From contig JAHJGX010000253.1 of assembly GCA_018824205.1 (NCBI GenBank), forward strand, positions 126 to 64,125: a stretch of 64,000 nt of DNA, read 5' to 3'. Below are positions 27,994 through 37,873 of this stretch, piece after piece. The notes under the pieces are model-generated. The model was not told the origin of the DNA. It searched no databases and saw only the letters and a list, made by a program, of their open reading frames with translations. Made by a program: the position numbers and the translations under genes. Position 1 is the first letter of the stretch, and each line of letters begins with the position of its first letter. This DNA comes from a bacterium (GTDB lineage: Bacteria > Fidelibacterota > UBA2242).

Positions 27994-30139
27994 ATCCCAG
28001 CAAACTGCCTATTTGGTAGATTCCAACAGCCAAAACAAATGCTACCAGCAACGTGTAACCCGCCTGAAACGCCGGCCACTTCCAGGAACCCAATTCCTTT
28101 TTGACCATAGCCAATGTTGCCAGACAGGGAATATAGACCATAATAAATATCATCAGAGCAAGCGCTATAAGCGGTGAATATGCGGGATCCTGACTTAATT
28201 TATCCTTTACAAAAAAATCGACATGCGCCTGACTATCGGACGCATCATAGTCCATGCCGTAGAGAATTCCCAGCGTTGAAATAATCACCTCTTTGGCGGC
28301 GACCCCGGCCACCAGACTAACACCGATTTTCCAATCAAAACCGGCCCATTTCAGAATCGGTTCAAGTCCTTTACCGAGCCGGCCACCAAAACTATATTCT
28401 ACAGATGGAGTATTATTTCTATAAACATCCACCCCTTCCGTCGGCGGTTTTGGGTAGGAAAGTAAAAACCAGACTACGATCGAAGCCGCCAGAATAACAG
28501 TGCCGGCTTTTTTAATATATTCTGACGATTTCTCCCACATGTGAATTATCACATTCTTGAACAATGGGCGGCGGTAAGGCGGTAGTTCCATCACAAAGGG
28601 AGTCTGTTCACCGCGAAACAGCGATCTCTTGAATATCAGCGCCAGTACAAAGGCCATTAGCCATCCAAAGAGCCAGACATTCCAGAAAATCAGCGTCGAA
28701 TTTTCCGGGAAAAATGCCGCCACCAGCATCGCTACGACCGGCGCTTTAGCCCCGCACATCATCAGCGGCGACACCAGAATCGTCACGATCCGGTCTTTCC
28801 GATTGGCCAGCACGCGAGCGCTCATAATTCCCGGTACAGCGCAGCCGGTGGATATCATAAATGGAATAAAACTGCGGCCGTGCAGACCAAAAATATGCAA
28901 AAACTTATCCATGACAAAGGCAGCCCGGGACATGTAGCCGGTATCTTCCAAAAATGAAAGTCCCATAAACAGTAATATTACCAGCGGCAAAAAGGTCAGA
29001 ACGCCGCCAACCCCGTTAATTATCCCATTGGTCAACAGATCCTGAAGCACACCGACTGGCATTATGTCCGTTAATAATTTCGAAAGCTGTCCGCATCCCG
29101 CAGAGATTCCGTCGGAAAGCGGGTTTCCCAGTGCGAATGTAATTTGATAAATAACAAACATGACTGCAAAAAAGATCGGTATTCCCAGGTAGCGGTTGAG
29201 CACAATCCGATCAATCTGTTCAGTAATATCAATAACTTTTCTCTTTCGGAATTGTATTACCGTCTCTTTTATTGCTCCGTGAATATAGGCATAGCGCTGT
29301 TCGCCGATTACCACTTCGGAATCTTCACTGTAATGTTTCTCCAGCCACTGTCGCCATTCGGTTGTAACGCTGAAAACCATATCCGCAAACTGATGCTCGT
29401 TCTTAATTTTTCGCTCGGCGTCCCGGTCTTTTTCCAGTAATTTAATCGCAATCCAGTGCATGGAGTAACGCTGTTTAAATTTGTCATCCAACTCCAGTGT
29501 ATCAATGACCGCATTATGAGCTAGTTCCACGATCTTCCCATAATTCAAATGCCGCTTGTTGGATTCCAGTTCGCCACCGGCAACCTTTATTGCCACATCC
29601 AGCAATAAATCAATCCCGGCGCCTGTATTTCCAACCGTTTTAACAAAAGGAATCCCTAAAATTGTGGACAGCTGTTCGCCGTTAATATGAATTCCCTTTT
29701 CTTCAGCCTCGTCAGTCATATTTAAAGCACCGACAATCGGTACTCCCAACTCCTGAAACTGCAGCAGAAGATACAGGTGCCGATCCAGATTGGAGGAATC
29801 CAGAACATCAACGATAACATCGGGCTTTTCGTTCAATACAAAATCCCTGGAGACAATCTCTTCGATTGAGTAGGCGCTCAGGCTGTAGGTTCCCGGCAAA
29901 TCTATAAATTCAATATTCTTTCCGTCAATACTAATCATCCCGGACTTTTTTTCCACCGTTACACCGGGATAATTCCCGATATGCTGGCGCTGCCCGGTCA
30001 GAGCATTAAATATACTGGTCTTCCCGGAATTTGGATTACCTGCCAGGGCAATTCTGATAATGTTCTTATTTTCAGGATGATTACCGCGTCCAAAGCGCCG
30101 ACGCATCCGGCGCGGAGCCTGGGGGCCGGGTGCATTCAT
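27983..30139 (-). CDS. feoB: Ferrous iron transporter FeoB
   Basis: GNPNSGKT, NYPGVTVE, DLPGTYSL, NMTD; gate domains. Confidence 0.97.
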   Translation of the reverse strand: MNAPGPQAPRRMRRRFGRGNHPENKNIIRIALAGNPNSGKTSIFNALTGQRQHIGNYPGVTVEKKSGMISIDGKNIEFIDLPGTYSLSAYSIEEIVSRDFVLNEKPDVIVDVLDSSNLDRHLYLLLQFQELGVPIVGALNMTDEAEEKGIHINGEQLSTILGIPFVKTVGNTGAGIDLLLDVAIKVAGGELESNKRHLNYGKIVELAHNAVIDTLELDDKFKQRYSMHWIAIKLLEKDRDAERKIKNEHQFADMVFSVTTEWRQWLEKHYSEDSEVVIGEQRYAYIHGAIKETVIQFRKRKVIDITEQIDRIVLNRYLGIPIFFAVMFVIYQITFALGNPLSDGISAGCGQLSKLLTDIMPVGVLQDLLTNGIINGVGGVLTFLPLVILLFMGLSFLEDTGYMSRAAFVMDKFLHIFGLHGRSFIPFMISTGCAVPGIMSARVLANRKDRIVTILVSPLMMCGAKAPVVAMLVAAFFPENSTLIFWNVWLFGWLMAFVLALIFKRSLFRGEQTPFVMELPPYRRPLFKNVIIHMWEKSSEYIKKAGTVILAASIVVWFLLSYPKPPTEGVDVYRNNTPSVEYSFGGRLGKGLEPILKWAGFDWKIGVSLVAGVAAKEVIISTLGILYGMDYDASDSQAHVDFFVKDKLSQDPAYSPLIALALMIFIMVYIPCLATLAMVKKELGSWKWPAFQAGYTLLVAFVLAVGIYQIGSLLGFGG

Positions 30140-30393
30140 TATATCTCTTCAACGTTAATCAGTTTTGCTTCAGAGCGTCGTAACGACACCATAGCTCCTT
30201 TGATTTCAATTTCGATTGGGTCCTTTAAGAGCGCCTTCCGAATGACGCAGCCGGTTTGATTTTTAATAAAACCAATGTCCAGCAACCGTCGGCGAATCTC
30301 TCCGGCAGCGGTTATTTTGGCCACTTTGAATTTTTTCCCCGAGACAATTTGGGAGAGATTAGTAACCGTTCTTTCTGTAATATCTGTGTTCAT
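30139..30393 (-). CDS. feoA: Ferrous iron transport protein A
   Basis: RRRLLDIG...DPIEIEIKG...SLRRSEA. Confidence 0.93.
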   Translation of the reverse strand: MNTDITERTVTNLSQIVSGKKFKVAKITAAGEIRRRLLDIGFIKNQTGCVIRKALLKDPIEIEIKGAMVSLRRSEAKLINVEEI

Positions 30394-30404
30394 GTTTCCT
30401 GGAT

Positions 30405-31163
30405 TTAATTGGATTGTTCAATAGCAACTTCTATCATATTGGCTGCTTTTATATCTAATTCCACGGAACATCCGTCGCTTAGAATACGATACGGACTCTC
30501 GGCATCACCCTTTTCTTCAAGTACAAATGCACTTCCCGGCAATAATCCTTTTTCAATGATCCGACGCCGAAGTTCCGTATCCGGGCCAAGCATTACAACC
30601 TGGCCCTTTTGCCCGCGATTCAGTTTTGCAAGGAGAGTGTGAACTGTACTTTTTCCCATCTGATGCGGAAAATTACTGGTTACAAAGCAGGATTTGCATT
30701 CAGGATCGATTTCAGACATTCCCTCGGCCGACCGAACACAATTTTTTAACAGATGAAGAGTCAATTGATCGTTTTTCTTACATTCACTTAAAAACTGGTA
30801 AAGCAAAATCAATCGATCAAGCGTTGCAACGCTGAGATGGTGTTCCAGTTCACAGGCTTCCTTCTCCGCAATACTATTTTCAATACCAAGCACATCGATA
30901 AAAAAGTTTTTTAGGAACATATTCTTGCTGCTCAAGCGGTGAGCTGCAGTTTCACCAGCAGGAGTTAATTCCACAAATTCCCGGACCGAATACTGGACGA
31001 AGTCCTCTTTCGACAGTTTGCGCATCGCTTCGGTGACCGACGGCATACTGACCCCTTTCCGGCGGGCGATTTCCTTGATCCGCGCAACTTTTTTTTCATT
31101 GATCAAATCCAGAACGATTTTCAGGTAATCCTGCTGGCTTTCCGATAATATTGTCTGGGTCAT
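30405..31163 (-). CDS. DtxR/MntR family metal-dependent regulator with C-terminal FeoA domain
   Basis: DYLKIV, VSMPSVTEAM, EACELEHHLS, C-terminal SH3/FeoA-like domain. Confidence 0.88.
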   Translation of the reverse strand: MTQTILSESQQDYLKIVLDLINEKKVARIKEIARRKGVSMPSVTEAMRKLSKEDFVQYSVREFVELTPAGETAAHRLSSKNMFLKNFFIDVLGIENSIAEKEACELEHHLSVATLDRLILLYQFLSECKKNDQLTLHLLKNCVRSAEGMSEIDPECKSCFVTSNFPHQMGKSTVHTLLAKLNRGQKGQVVMLGPDTELRRRIIEKGLLPGSAFVLEEKGDAESPYRILSDGCSVELDIKAANMIEVAIEQSN

Positions 31164-31187
31164 ACGCCCTCCTTTTTATGCGCCCCT

Positions 31188-31211
31188 AAATTAGTTAGGC
31201 CTGCCTAATTT
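31188..31211 (-). promoter_or_regulatory. DtxR-family operator
   Basis: AAATTAGGCAGGCCTAACTAATTT palindrome (minus strand) resembling the DtxR/IdeR box TTAGGTTAGSCTAACCTAA. Confidence 0.75.
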
Positions 31212-31312
31212 ACCAAGACAAATCGTTTTATGATGATAAATTTATGCTTTTACTCATTGCATTACTCAGGGACTTTCTATATTTTCAAATATTCAAAAAT
31301 ATTGGAGCTGTT

Positions 31313-34300
31313 TTGGATTTTTCAGATATAATAGAACGGGGATTAATACTTTTTGACGGGGCTATGGGCACCCAGATACATGACCTTAATCCGAGTGACG
31401 CCGATTGGGATGATCGTAATGGCTGTTCCGAAGTATTAAACCTCACAATCCCGGAAAAAATTCAACACATCCATGAAAACTACCTTGCCGCCGGCTCCGA
31501 CGTCATCGAAACCAATACTTTTGGCGGCAATAAAATTGTATTGTCGGAATTTGACCTCGGTGACCGGGTAGTGGAAATCAATCGCAAGGCCGCCGAAGTT
31601 GCCCGGCGGGCCGCGCAAAAATATTCCACCCCGGACAAACCCCGTTTTGTCGCCGGTGACATTGGTCCCGGAACCAAACTTGTCACTCTGGAACAAACCG
31701 ATTTCGATACAATGCATGAATCCTATGCCCTTCAGGTCCGGGGATTGATCCAGGGAGGCGTAGACCTGTTCATTATTGAAACCTGTCAGGACCCGCTACA
31801 GATTAAGGCGGCGCTCACTGCGGTAGACGACGAATTAAAATCCGCCGGACTGAAGCTGCCCCGAATTGTCTCCATTACTATTGAAACCAACGGCTCCATG
31901 CTGATTGGCACGGATATCGCCGCGGCATTAGCAATTCTCGAACCTTTTCAGATCGATGTCATTGGCATCAATTGTGCCACCGGGCCGGAGCAGATGCGAC
32001 CCTACGTCAAGCAAATTTGCCAGTCTTTTCACGGGCCGGTTCTTGTACAACCAAACGCCGGTCTGCCACAAATGGTCAACGGCGAAATGATTTATACCTT
32101 GTCGATTGAAGAATACGTAACTGTTTTATCCGGTTTTGTCGAAAAATATGGCGTTCAGATCGTTGGTGGTTGCTGTGGCACTACGCCGGAATTTATCCGT
32201 GCCCTGGCGGCTAAAATACCAACACTGACCGCCGCCAAACGAAACCCTGTTTTAATACCGGCTGTCGCCTCAGTTTTTTCCGCCCAGGAGCTGCACCAGG
32301 ACCCGGCCCCATTTTTTGTCGGTGAGCGATCTAACACAAATGGCAGCAAGCAGTTTCGCGAATGTCTGCTGGCCAATGACTGGGATTGCATTGTCAATAT
32401 CTCCAAGCAGCAGGAATTGACCGGGGCACACGGTCTTGACCTTTGCGTTGCGTATACCGGCCGGAATGAAACGGCAGATATGCGGGAAGCGGTCACACGG
32501 ATTGTCCGGCAGGTGGATTTGCCGATATTTATTGACTCCACTGATGTCACCGTCATCGAGAACGCATTGAAACTGATTGGCGGACGGGCAGTTATAAACT
32601 CCATCAACCTTGAGGATGGAGAAGACCGCTCCCGGCAAGTCTGCCGACTGGCAAAACGCTTCGGAGCGGCCGTCATTGCACTGACTATCGATGAAGTCGG
32701 CATGGCCCATGAGATCGATAAAAAGGTCGCCATCGCAAAACGGATCTATGACATTGCCGTCAATCAGAACGGACTGCGCTCCCAGGATTTAATATTCGAT
32801 ATGTTGACCTTCACACTGGGCAGCGGCGATGAGTCCCTCAAAGAGGCCGGTAAAAATACGATTGCGGCAATTAAGGCGGTAAAAGATGAACTGCCAGGTG
32901 TTTATACAATTCTCGGCGTATCCAATATCTCCTTCGGGCTACATCCCGGTTCCCGCGAGATTCTTAATTCCGTTTTTCTGAATGAAGCCATAATCGCCGG
33001 CCTGGATATGGCAATCGTCAATGTTCAAAAAATCATGCCGCTCTATAAAATCGATCAGGCGGATGTGGATATTTGTCTTGACCTGATCTATAACCGCGGC
33101 AACAATGCCCTCTATACATTTATCGACCATTTTGACAAGAAGGCCGGCGTTAAGAAAATGAAGTCCGTTGAGGACGATACGACTCCCGTCGACGAAAAAA
33201 TCAGACAGCGTATCATTCAGGGAAATCGCGTCGGTCTGGACAAACTGCTTACCGAAGCTCTTGAAAACACCAGGGCTATTGACATTATTAATAACTGGCT
33301 GATCCCGGCGATGAAAGTTGTCGGCGATCTGTTCGGCTCCGGGAAAATGCAGCTGCCCTTTGTCCTGCAATCCGCGGAAGTAATGAAATTTGCAGTCGGG
33401 AAAATTGAATCTTTCCTTGATAAAACAGACACTGAAGTACAAACCAGTATTGTTCTGGCTACGGTTCGCGGCGACGTCCATGATATCGGCAAAAACCTGG
33501 TGGACATTATTCTGAGTAATAATGGCTATAAAGTGTACAATCTCGGCATTAAATGTGAAATCGAAACGATGCTCCAGAAGGCCAGCGAGGTTCACGCAGA
33601 TGCGATTGGAATGAGCGGATTACTGGTCAAATCAACGACCGTGATGAAGGAAAATCTGGAATTGATGAAGCAACGCAATATCAGTATTCCGGTTTTGTTG
33701 GGAGGCGCCGCTCTGACCCGCGGTTTTGTGGATGACATTTGTGCGCCAATTTCCGATGGACCGGTTGTATATTGCCCCGACGCCTTTGCCGGGCTGGACA
33801 CAATGAGCCTGATAAAAGAAAAAAACTGGTCGGCACTGAAACCGGATAAAGACAAAAGACAAAGGAAAGAGGAAAGAGTAATACCGAAGACGCCAATCGT
33901 TCAGCATGCAGAATTCCGACGCGATATTGACATTCCGGCGCCACCTTTCTGGGGTGTAAAATATGTCACAGATGTCGACCTGGATGCTGTTTTCGCATTT
34001 TTAACGGAATCCGTACTCTTTCGGGGACGCTGGGGGTATCGACGGGGCAAATTATCCCGTGAGGAATATGACGAATTAATTGAAACCCGTGTACGTCCCG
34101 AATTTGATACTCTGAAACAGCGCTGCAAAGACGAAAAGCTGCTGATCCCTCAGGTTGCTTACGGCTATTTCCCCTGTAACAGCGTTGGGGAAGCGGTAAT
34201 TATTTTTGATCCAAATTCTAATCTTGAAATTGAGCGGCTACATTTTCCGCGACAAAAAAAGAAACCCAATCGCTCGATCGCTGATTTTTTCCTGCCTCTG

Positions 34301-34726
34301 GATTCCGGAAAAAAAGATATCATAGCCCTGCAGGTCGCGACCGTCGGAAATGAGGCACACAAGGAGGCCCGGCGTTTATATAATGAGAATCACTATAAGG
34401 ACTATCTGCTTTTTCATGGGCTGAGCGTAGAGACCGCCGAAGCACTGGCGGAATACTGGCATCAACAGATTCGGATTGAATTAAAAATCACGGAAGAGGA
34501 CGGCGCCGGTATCGATGATTTCGTTGTTCAGAAATATCGCGGTTCCCGTTATTCCTTTGGATACCCGGCCTGTCCGGATTTATCGGAAAACAATAAAATC
34601 CTGTCCTTGCTGGATTCCCTGCAAATCGGTGTTTCTGCAACAGACAGTTATCAGATGGTTCCCGAACAAACCACCTCGGCCTTTGTGGTGCATCATCCGC
34701 AAGCCAAATATTTCACTTTAGAATAA
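31313..34726 (+). CDS. metH: Cobalamin-dependent methionine synthase
   Basis: DGAMGT, GINC, GGCCGT, GDVHDIGKN, RYSFGYPACP; TTG start after GGAG. Confidence 0.97.
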   Translation: MDFSDIIERGLILFDGAMGTQIHDLNPSDADWDDRNGCSEVLNLTIPEKIQHIHENYLAAGSDVIETNTFGGNKIVLSEFDLGDRVVEINRKAAEVARRAAQKYSTPDKPRFVAGDIGPGTKLVTLEQTDFDTMHESYALQVRGLIQGGVDLFIIETCQDPLQIKAALTAVDDELKSAGLKLPRIVSITIETNGSMLIGTDIAAALAILEPFQIDVIGINCATGPEQMRPYVKQICQSFHGPVLVQPNAGLPQMVNGEMIYTLSIEEYVTVLSGFVEKYGVQIVGGCCGTTPEFIRALAAKIPTLTAAKRNPVLIPAVASVFSAQELHQDPAPFFVGERSNTNGSKQFRECLLANDWDCIVNISKQQELTGAHGLDLCVAYTGRNETADMREAVTRIVRQVDLPIFIDSTDVTVIENALKLIGGRAVINSINLEDGEDRSRQVCRLAKRFGAAVIALTIDEVGMAHEIDKKVAIAKRIYDIAVNQNGLRSQDLIFDMLTFTLGSGDESLKEAGKNTIAAIKAVKDELPGVYTILGVSNISFGLHPGSREILNSVFLNEAIIAGLDMAIVNVQKIMPLYKIDQADVDICLDLIYNRGNNALYTFIDHFDKKAGVKKMKSVEDDTTPVDEKIRQRIIQGNRVGLDKLLTEALENTRAIDIINNWLIPAMKVVGDLFGSGKMQLPFVLQSAEVMKFAVGKIESFLDKTDTEVQTSIVLATVRGDVHDIGKNLVDIILSNNGYKVYNLGIKCEIETMLQKASEVHADAIGMSGLLVKSTTVMKENLELMKQRNISIPVLLGGAALTRGFVDDICAPISDGPVVYCPDAFAGLDTMSLIKEKNWSALKPDKDKRQRKEERVIPKTPIVQHAEFRRDIDIPAPPFWGVKYVTDVDLDAVFAFLTESVLFRGRWGYRRGKLSREEYDELIETRVRPEFDTLKQRCKDEKLLIPQVAYGYFPCNSVGEAVIIFDPNSNLEIERLHFPRQKKKPNRSIADFFLPLDSGKKDIIALQVATVGNEAHKEARRLYNENHYKDYLLFHGLSVETAEALAEYWHQQIRIELKITEEDGAGIDDFVVQKYRGSRYSFGYPACPDLSENNKILSLLDSLQIGVSATDSYQMVPEQTTSAFVVHHPQAKYFTLE

Positions 34727-34737
34727 GGAAGTATTCC

Positions 34738-34896
34738 GTGGATAAATGCATATGTACCAATTGCGGCTATATTTATGACCCCGAGATTGGCGATGACGAA
34801 AGCGGAATATTGCCGGGAACTGCTTTTGACAATTTGCCGGATGATTGGATTTGCCCGGTCTGCTATGTAAACAAAAGCAATTTCGATGAACTTTAA
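34738..34896 (+). CDS. Rubredoxin (52 aa, not in ORF track)
   Basis: MDKCICTNCGYIYDPEIGDDESGILPGTAFDNLPDDWICPVCYVNKSNFDEL. Confidence 0.95.
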   Translation: MDKCICTNCGYIYDPEIGDDESGILPGTAFDNLPDDWICPVCYVNKSNFDEL

Positions 34897-34917
34897 AACA
34901 TTAAAAACACTATATCG

Positions 34918-35790
34918 GTGAGCATTCTTCAGTCGAAAAAACAAGTCCTGATAATATGTCTGTTTATTCTGTGCCCGTTGCCCAAGTCCAGTTCATTTAA
35001 TTATAATAATTATCAAACTACTTTCGGTTACTGGAACGATAATATTATCTACCAGAATTTTTTAAAAAACATTCTTAAAGTAGGTTCAGATGATTTTGTC
35101 ACCACCTGCCTGTGGTCGCAGGTAGCATATATGCATGCAAAAAGATGGTGGATATTTGATCTCTATTACAATGTTCTGACCAATAAATCGGCTAATTATC
35201 GCTTTGATCTGATTACAAGTCGGATATCAGTGGAGAAAGACATGCCCGGGGCCCTCTACCAGATTGGTACCGGTTTTGTGTTTCGTGGAAATTATGGCGG
35301 TGAATTAATTCAAAACGGCTATCATCAGCTTGGGGGTTACAGTATCATTGATTTGCCCTATCCTGAACATACCGCTATTGGCTGGCTGTTTTTGATAAAA
35401 GCAGAGCCTTACCTCATTAATAACAATCTGCAAATTTTAAAATTGTCTTTCTGTAATGCGTATCGCACTGCCGCAGGTCCGAGTAATTTTCAGGCCGGAA
35501 TTAATACCAGTTATCAATTTGATATAAACAATTCACCAATCTCTCTCCACGCTCAGGGTCGTCTGGGATATATTTGGTATTATTATCTGGACAATCTGGT
35601 CGATCCACTCTTTGACAAGGGGCTTGGTTATACTCTGATGATTACAGGTACATACCGAAATCGCTACGGGATTTCCATCTGGAGGACAGAAAACCAATAT
35701 GGTCAGCATAATCCCCATTATGGATTGTCCTTTTCGCTCAAACCAAAAGGGCGGCGACTGTTGAGAATCAGTGACATCATGGTTCCCTGA
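34918..35790 (+). CDS. Hypothetical exported protein, possibly an outer-membrane beta-barrel (LpxR/DUF2219-like)
   Basis: Signal-like N-terminus, WNDN...DDFVT, IQNGYH, aromatic beta-strand pattern. Confidence 0.45.
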   Translation: MSILQSKKQVLIICLFILCPLPKSSSFNYNNYQTTFGYWNDNIIYQNFLKNILKVGSDDFVTTCLWSQVAYMHAKRWWIFDLYYNVLTNKSANYRFDLITSRISVEKDMPGALYQIGTGFVFRGNYGGELIQNGYHQLGGYSIIDLPYPEHTAIGWLFLIKAEPYLINNNLQILKLSFCNAYRTAAGPSNFQAGINTSYQFDINNSPISLHAQGRLGYIWYYYLDNLVDPLFDKGLGYTLMITGTYRNRYGISIWRTENQYGQHNPHYGLSFSLKPKGRRLLRISDIMVP

Positions 35791-35812
35791 TCAGATAATC
35801 CCAAAAAAGTTC

Positions 35813-35870
35813 TTGACAACCAACCAAACAACACTTACATTATTAGTGTATTAGTTGCTTAATACACTAA
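35813..35870 (+). promoter_or_regulatory. Sigma70 promoter plus YtrA/GntR operator
   Basis: TTGACA-17-TACATT; TTAGTGTATTA-N6-TAATACACTAA at 35843-35870. Confidence 0.85.
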
Positions 35871-35883
35871 ACGGGAGCCAATT

Positions 35884-36726
35884 ATGATTGAATTAACAAA
35901 TCTGAGTTTCGCCTACAAAAACAAAGCCCCGCTGTTTGACCGGCTGAGCCTGAAAATTACCGAAGGCAACATTTATGGCCTGCTGGGAAAAAACGGCGCC
36001 GGCAAGACAACGCTGCTGAAAATCATCTGCGGACTATTGTTTCCCCAGCAAGGAACTTGCAATGTTCTCGGTTTTGCGCCCCAGAAACGATCCGCCGATA
36101 TGCTCAAGGAAATCTATTTCATTCCCGAGGAATTTTACACGCCGGCGCTCAAGATTAACGAGTATGTTCTTCTCTATGCCCCGTTTTATCCGAATTTTGA
36201 CCCTCAGGCCCTTGAGAATTATATCGCCACCTTTGACCTGCCGACCAACGAGCAGTTAACCTCGCTGTCGTACGGACAAAAGAAAAAATTCCTCATTGCT
36301 TTTGGTCTGGCCACAAACATCCGGCTGCTGATCCTCGATGAACCCACCAATGGCCTCGATATTCCCAGCAAAAGCCAGTTCCGAAAACTGCTGGCGGCCG
36401 CCATGGATGAAAACAGGACCATTATCATTTCAACCCATCAGGTCCGGGACATCGGGAATCTGATCGATCCTATTATTATTCTGGATAATGGTAAAATCAT
36501 TTTTAATCAAACCACCGAATCGATTTCCCGAAAATTGTCCGTTAAACTCCAAAAAACCGAGCCTGATGAAACAGATGCTCTCTACTCCGAAAAAACACTC
36601 GGTGGCTATGTGGTCATCAACGAAAATCGCGGTGAAACCGACAGCAATCTGGACATCGAATTACTGTTCAACGCCGTAATCAACAATCAGCAACACATGA
36701 GCGAACTCTTCGCCCGGGAGGCATAA
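35884..36726 (+). CDS. ABC transporter ATP-binding protein (YtrB-like)
   Basis: GKNGAGKT, LSYGQ, LDEPT, STH. Confidence 0.93.
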   Translation: MIELTNLSFAYKNKAPLFDRLSLKITEGNIYGLLGKNGAGKTTLLKIICGLLFPQQGTCNVLGFAPQKRSADMLKEIYFIPEEFYTPALKINEYVLLYAPFYPNFDPQALENYIATFDLPTNEQLTSLSYGQKKKFLIAFGLATNIRLLILDEPTNGLDIPSKSQFRKLLAAAMDENRTIIISTHQVRDIGNLIDPIIILDNGKIIFNQTTESISRKLSVKLQKTEPDETDALYSEKTLGGYVVINENRGETDSNLDIELLFNAVINNQQHMSELFAREA

Positions 36727-37503
36727 ATGAAACCAAACAGAATTTTTAATTTTAACCGTTTTCTGCTGCTGCTTCGCAACGATCTGTTCCGCAACTATCG
36801 GACCCTGCTGATCGGGGCCGGGACCGTTGCCGCAATCTATTTTGTCGCCACCCTGACCCCTATGATTTTTTCCCGTGAAAACATCGGCTATGATTTTAAT
36901 ACCGGGTTCTTTCCAACGGTTCTATACATTTGCGGCTTTCTGCTCAGTGCGGCAGCCTTTGGTGAAATTCATCATACACAAAAAAATACCGCCTTTTTCA
37001 TGTTGCCGGCCACCACTTTCGAAAAATTTACCAGCCGTCTATTATTAACAACAATCGGGTACCTTGTTATCAGCGTTGTTTTTTATTTCATTCTGAACAT
37101 GCTATCCCTGCTCCTCTCGGCGCTGTTCATTAACTCGGGATTCCCGGTATTTAATCCCTTTTCCGAAGATATGCTGATGGCAATAGCTATTTATTTAATC
37201 ACCCAGTCCATCTTTCTGTTTGGGAGTATTTTCTTTAAAAATCACGCCTTCATGAAAACCGGTCTTTCTTTATTTGGGCTTTCCGTGGTAATTGGTATTT
37301 TCGCCTCCATTGTATTCCGGATTGTTTACCACGACTTCTTCGATCACATGCGTTTTATGGACAATTATATGGCCAGTGATTTTATTTACCTTGAAAACTT
37401 TGGGGAAACATTACTATCGATCGTCAAACACATTTTCTGGTTTGTTCTGGCCCCCTATTTTTGGATAGTTGCCTATTTCCGGCTGAGTGAAAAGGAGGTG
37501 TAA
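36727..37503 (+). CDS. ABC-2 type permease
   Basis: About 6 TM segments, MLPATTFEKF; translationally coupled to the ATPase. Confidence 0.8.
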   Translation: MKPNRIFNFNRFLLLLRNDLFRNYRTLLIGAGTVAAIYFVATLTPMIFSRENIGYDFNTGFFPTVLYICGFLLSAAAFGEIHHTQKNTAFFMLPATTFEKFTSRLLLTTIGYLVISVVFYFILNMLSLLLSALFINSGFPVFNPFSEDMLMAIAIYLITQSIFLFGSIFFKNHAFMKTGLSLFGLSVVIGIFASIVFRIVYHDFFDHMRFMDNYMASDFIYLENFGETLLSIVKHIFWFVLAPYFWIVAYFRLSEKEV

Positions 37504-37504
37504 C

Positions 37505-37858
37505 ATGGAGTTTGAAAAGGAACAAGCCATCTATCTCCAGATCGCTGACCTGATTTGTGAAAACATCCTGTCCGGAGAATGGACCGAAGAGGAGCGAATT
37601 CCATCTGTCCGCGAACTGGCCGTTGCGACAGAGGTCAACCCAAATACAGCGATGCGCAGCTACGCCTGGCTTCAGGAAAAAGGCATTATTCAGAACCGTC
37701 GTGGAATCGGGTATTTCGTCTCCGGCGGTGCCGTAGAAAAAACCAGAACGTTGAAGAAAGAAGAGTTTATCAATAACCAGCTTCCCCAACTTTTCAAGAC
37801 GATGGACCTGCTTAATATCCGTTTTGATGAACTGAAAACATTATACGACAATCACTAA
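37505..37858 (+). CDS. GntR family regulator (YtrA subfamily)
   Basis: IYLQI, PSVRELA, VNPNTAMRSY, RRGIGYFV. Confidence 0.93.
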   Translation: MEFEKEQAIYLQIADLICENILSGEWTEEERIPSVRELAVATEVNPNTAMRSYAWLQEKGIIQNRRGIGYFVSGGAVEKTRTLKKEEFINNQLPQLFKTMDLLNIRFDELKTLYDNH

Positions 37859-37873
37859 TGACCGGAGTTTGCA

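Noticed and set aside
25290-28104. Plus-strand ORFs 25290-25502 and 27712-28104
   Set aside because: They start inside REP elements and overlap real minus-strand genes.
31164-31312. Cobalamin or SAM riboswitch upstream of metH
   Set aside because: Short AT-rich divergent promoter region with no recognisable B12-box or S-box.
34693-34944. 83-aa minus-strand ORF
   Set aside because: Antisense shadow of the rubredoxin gene.
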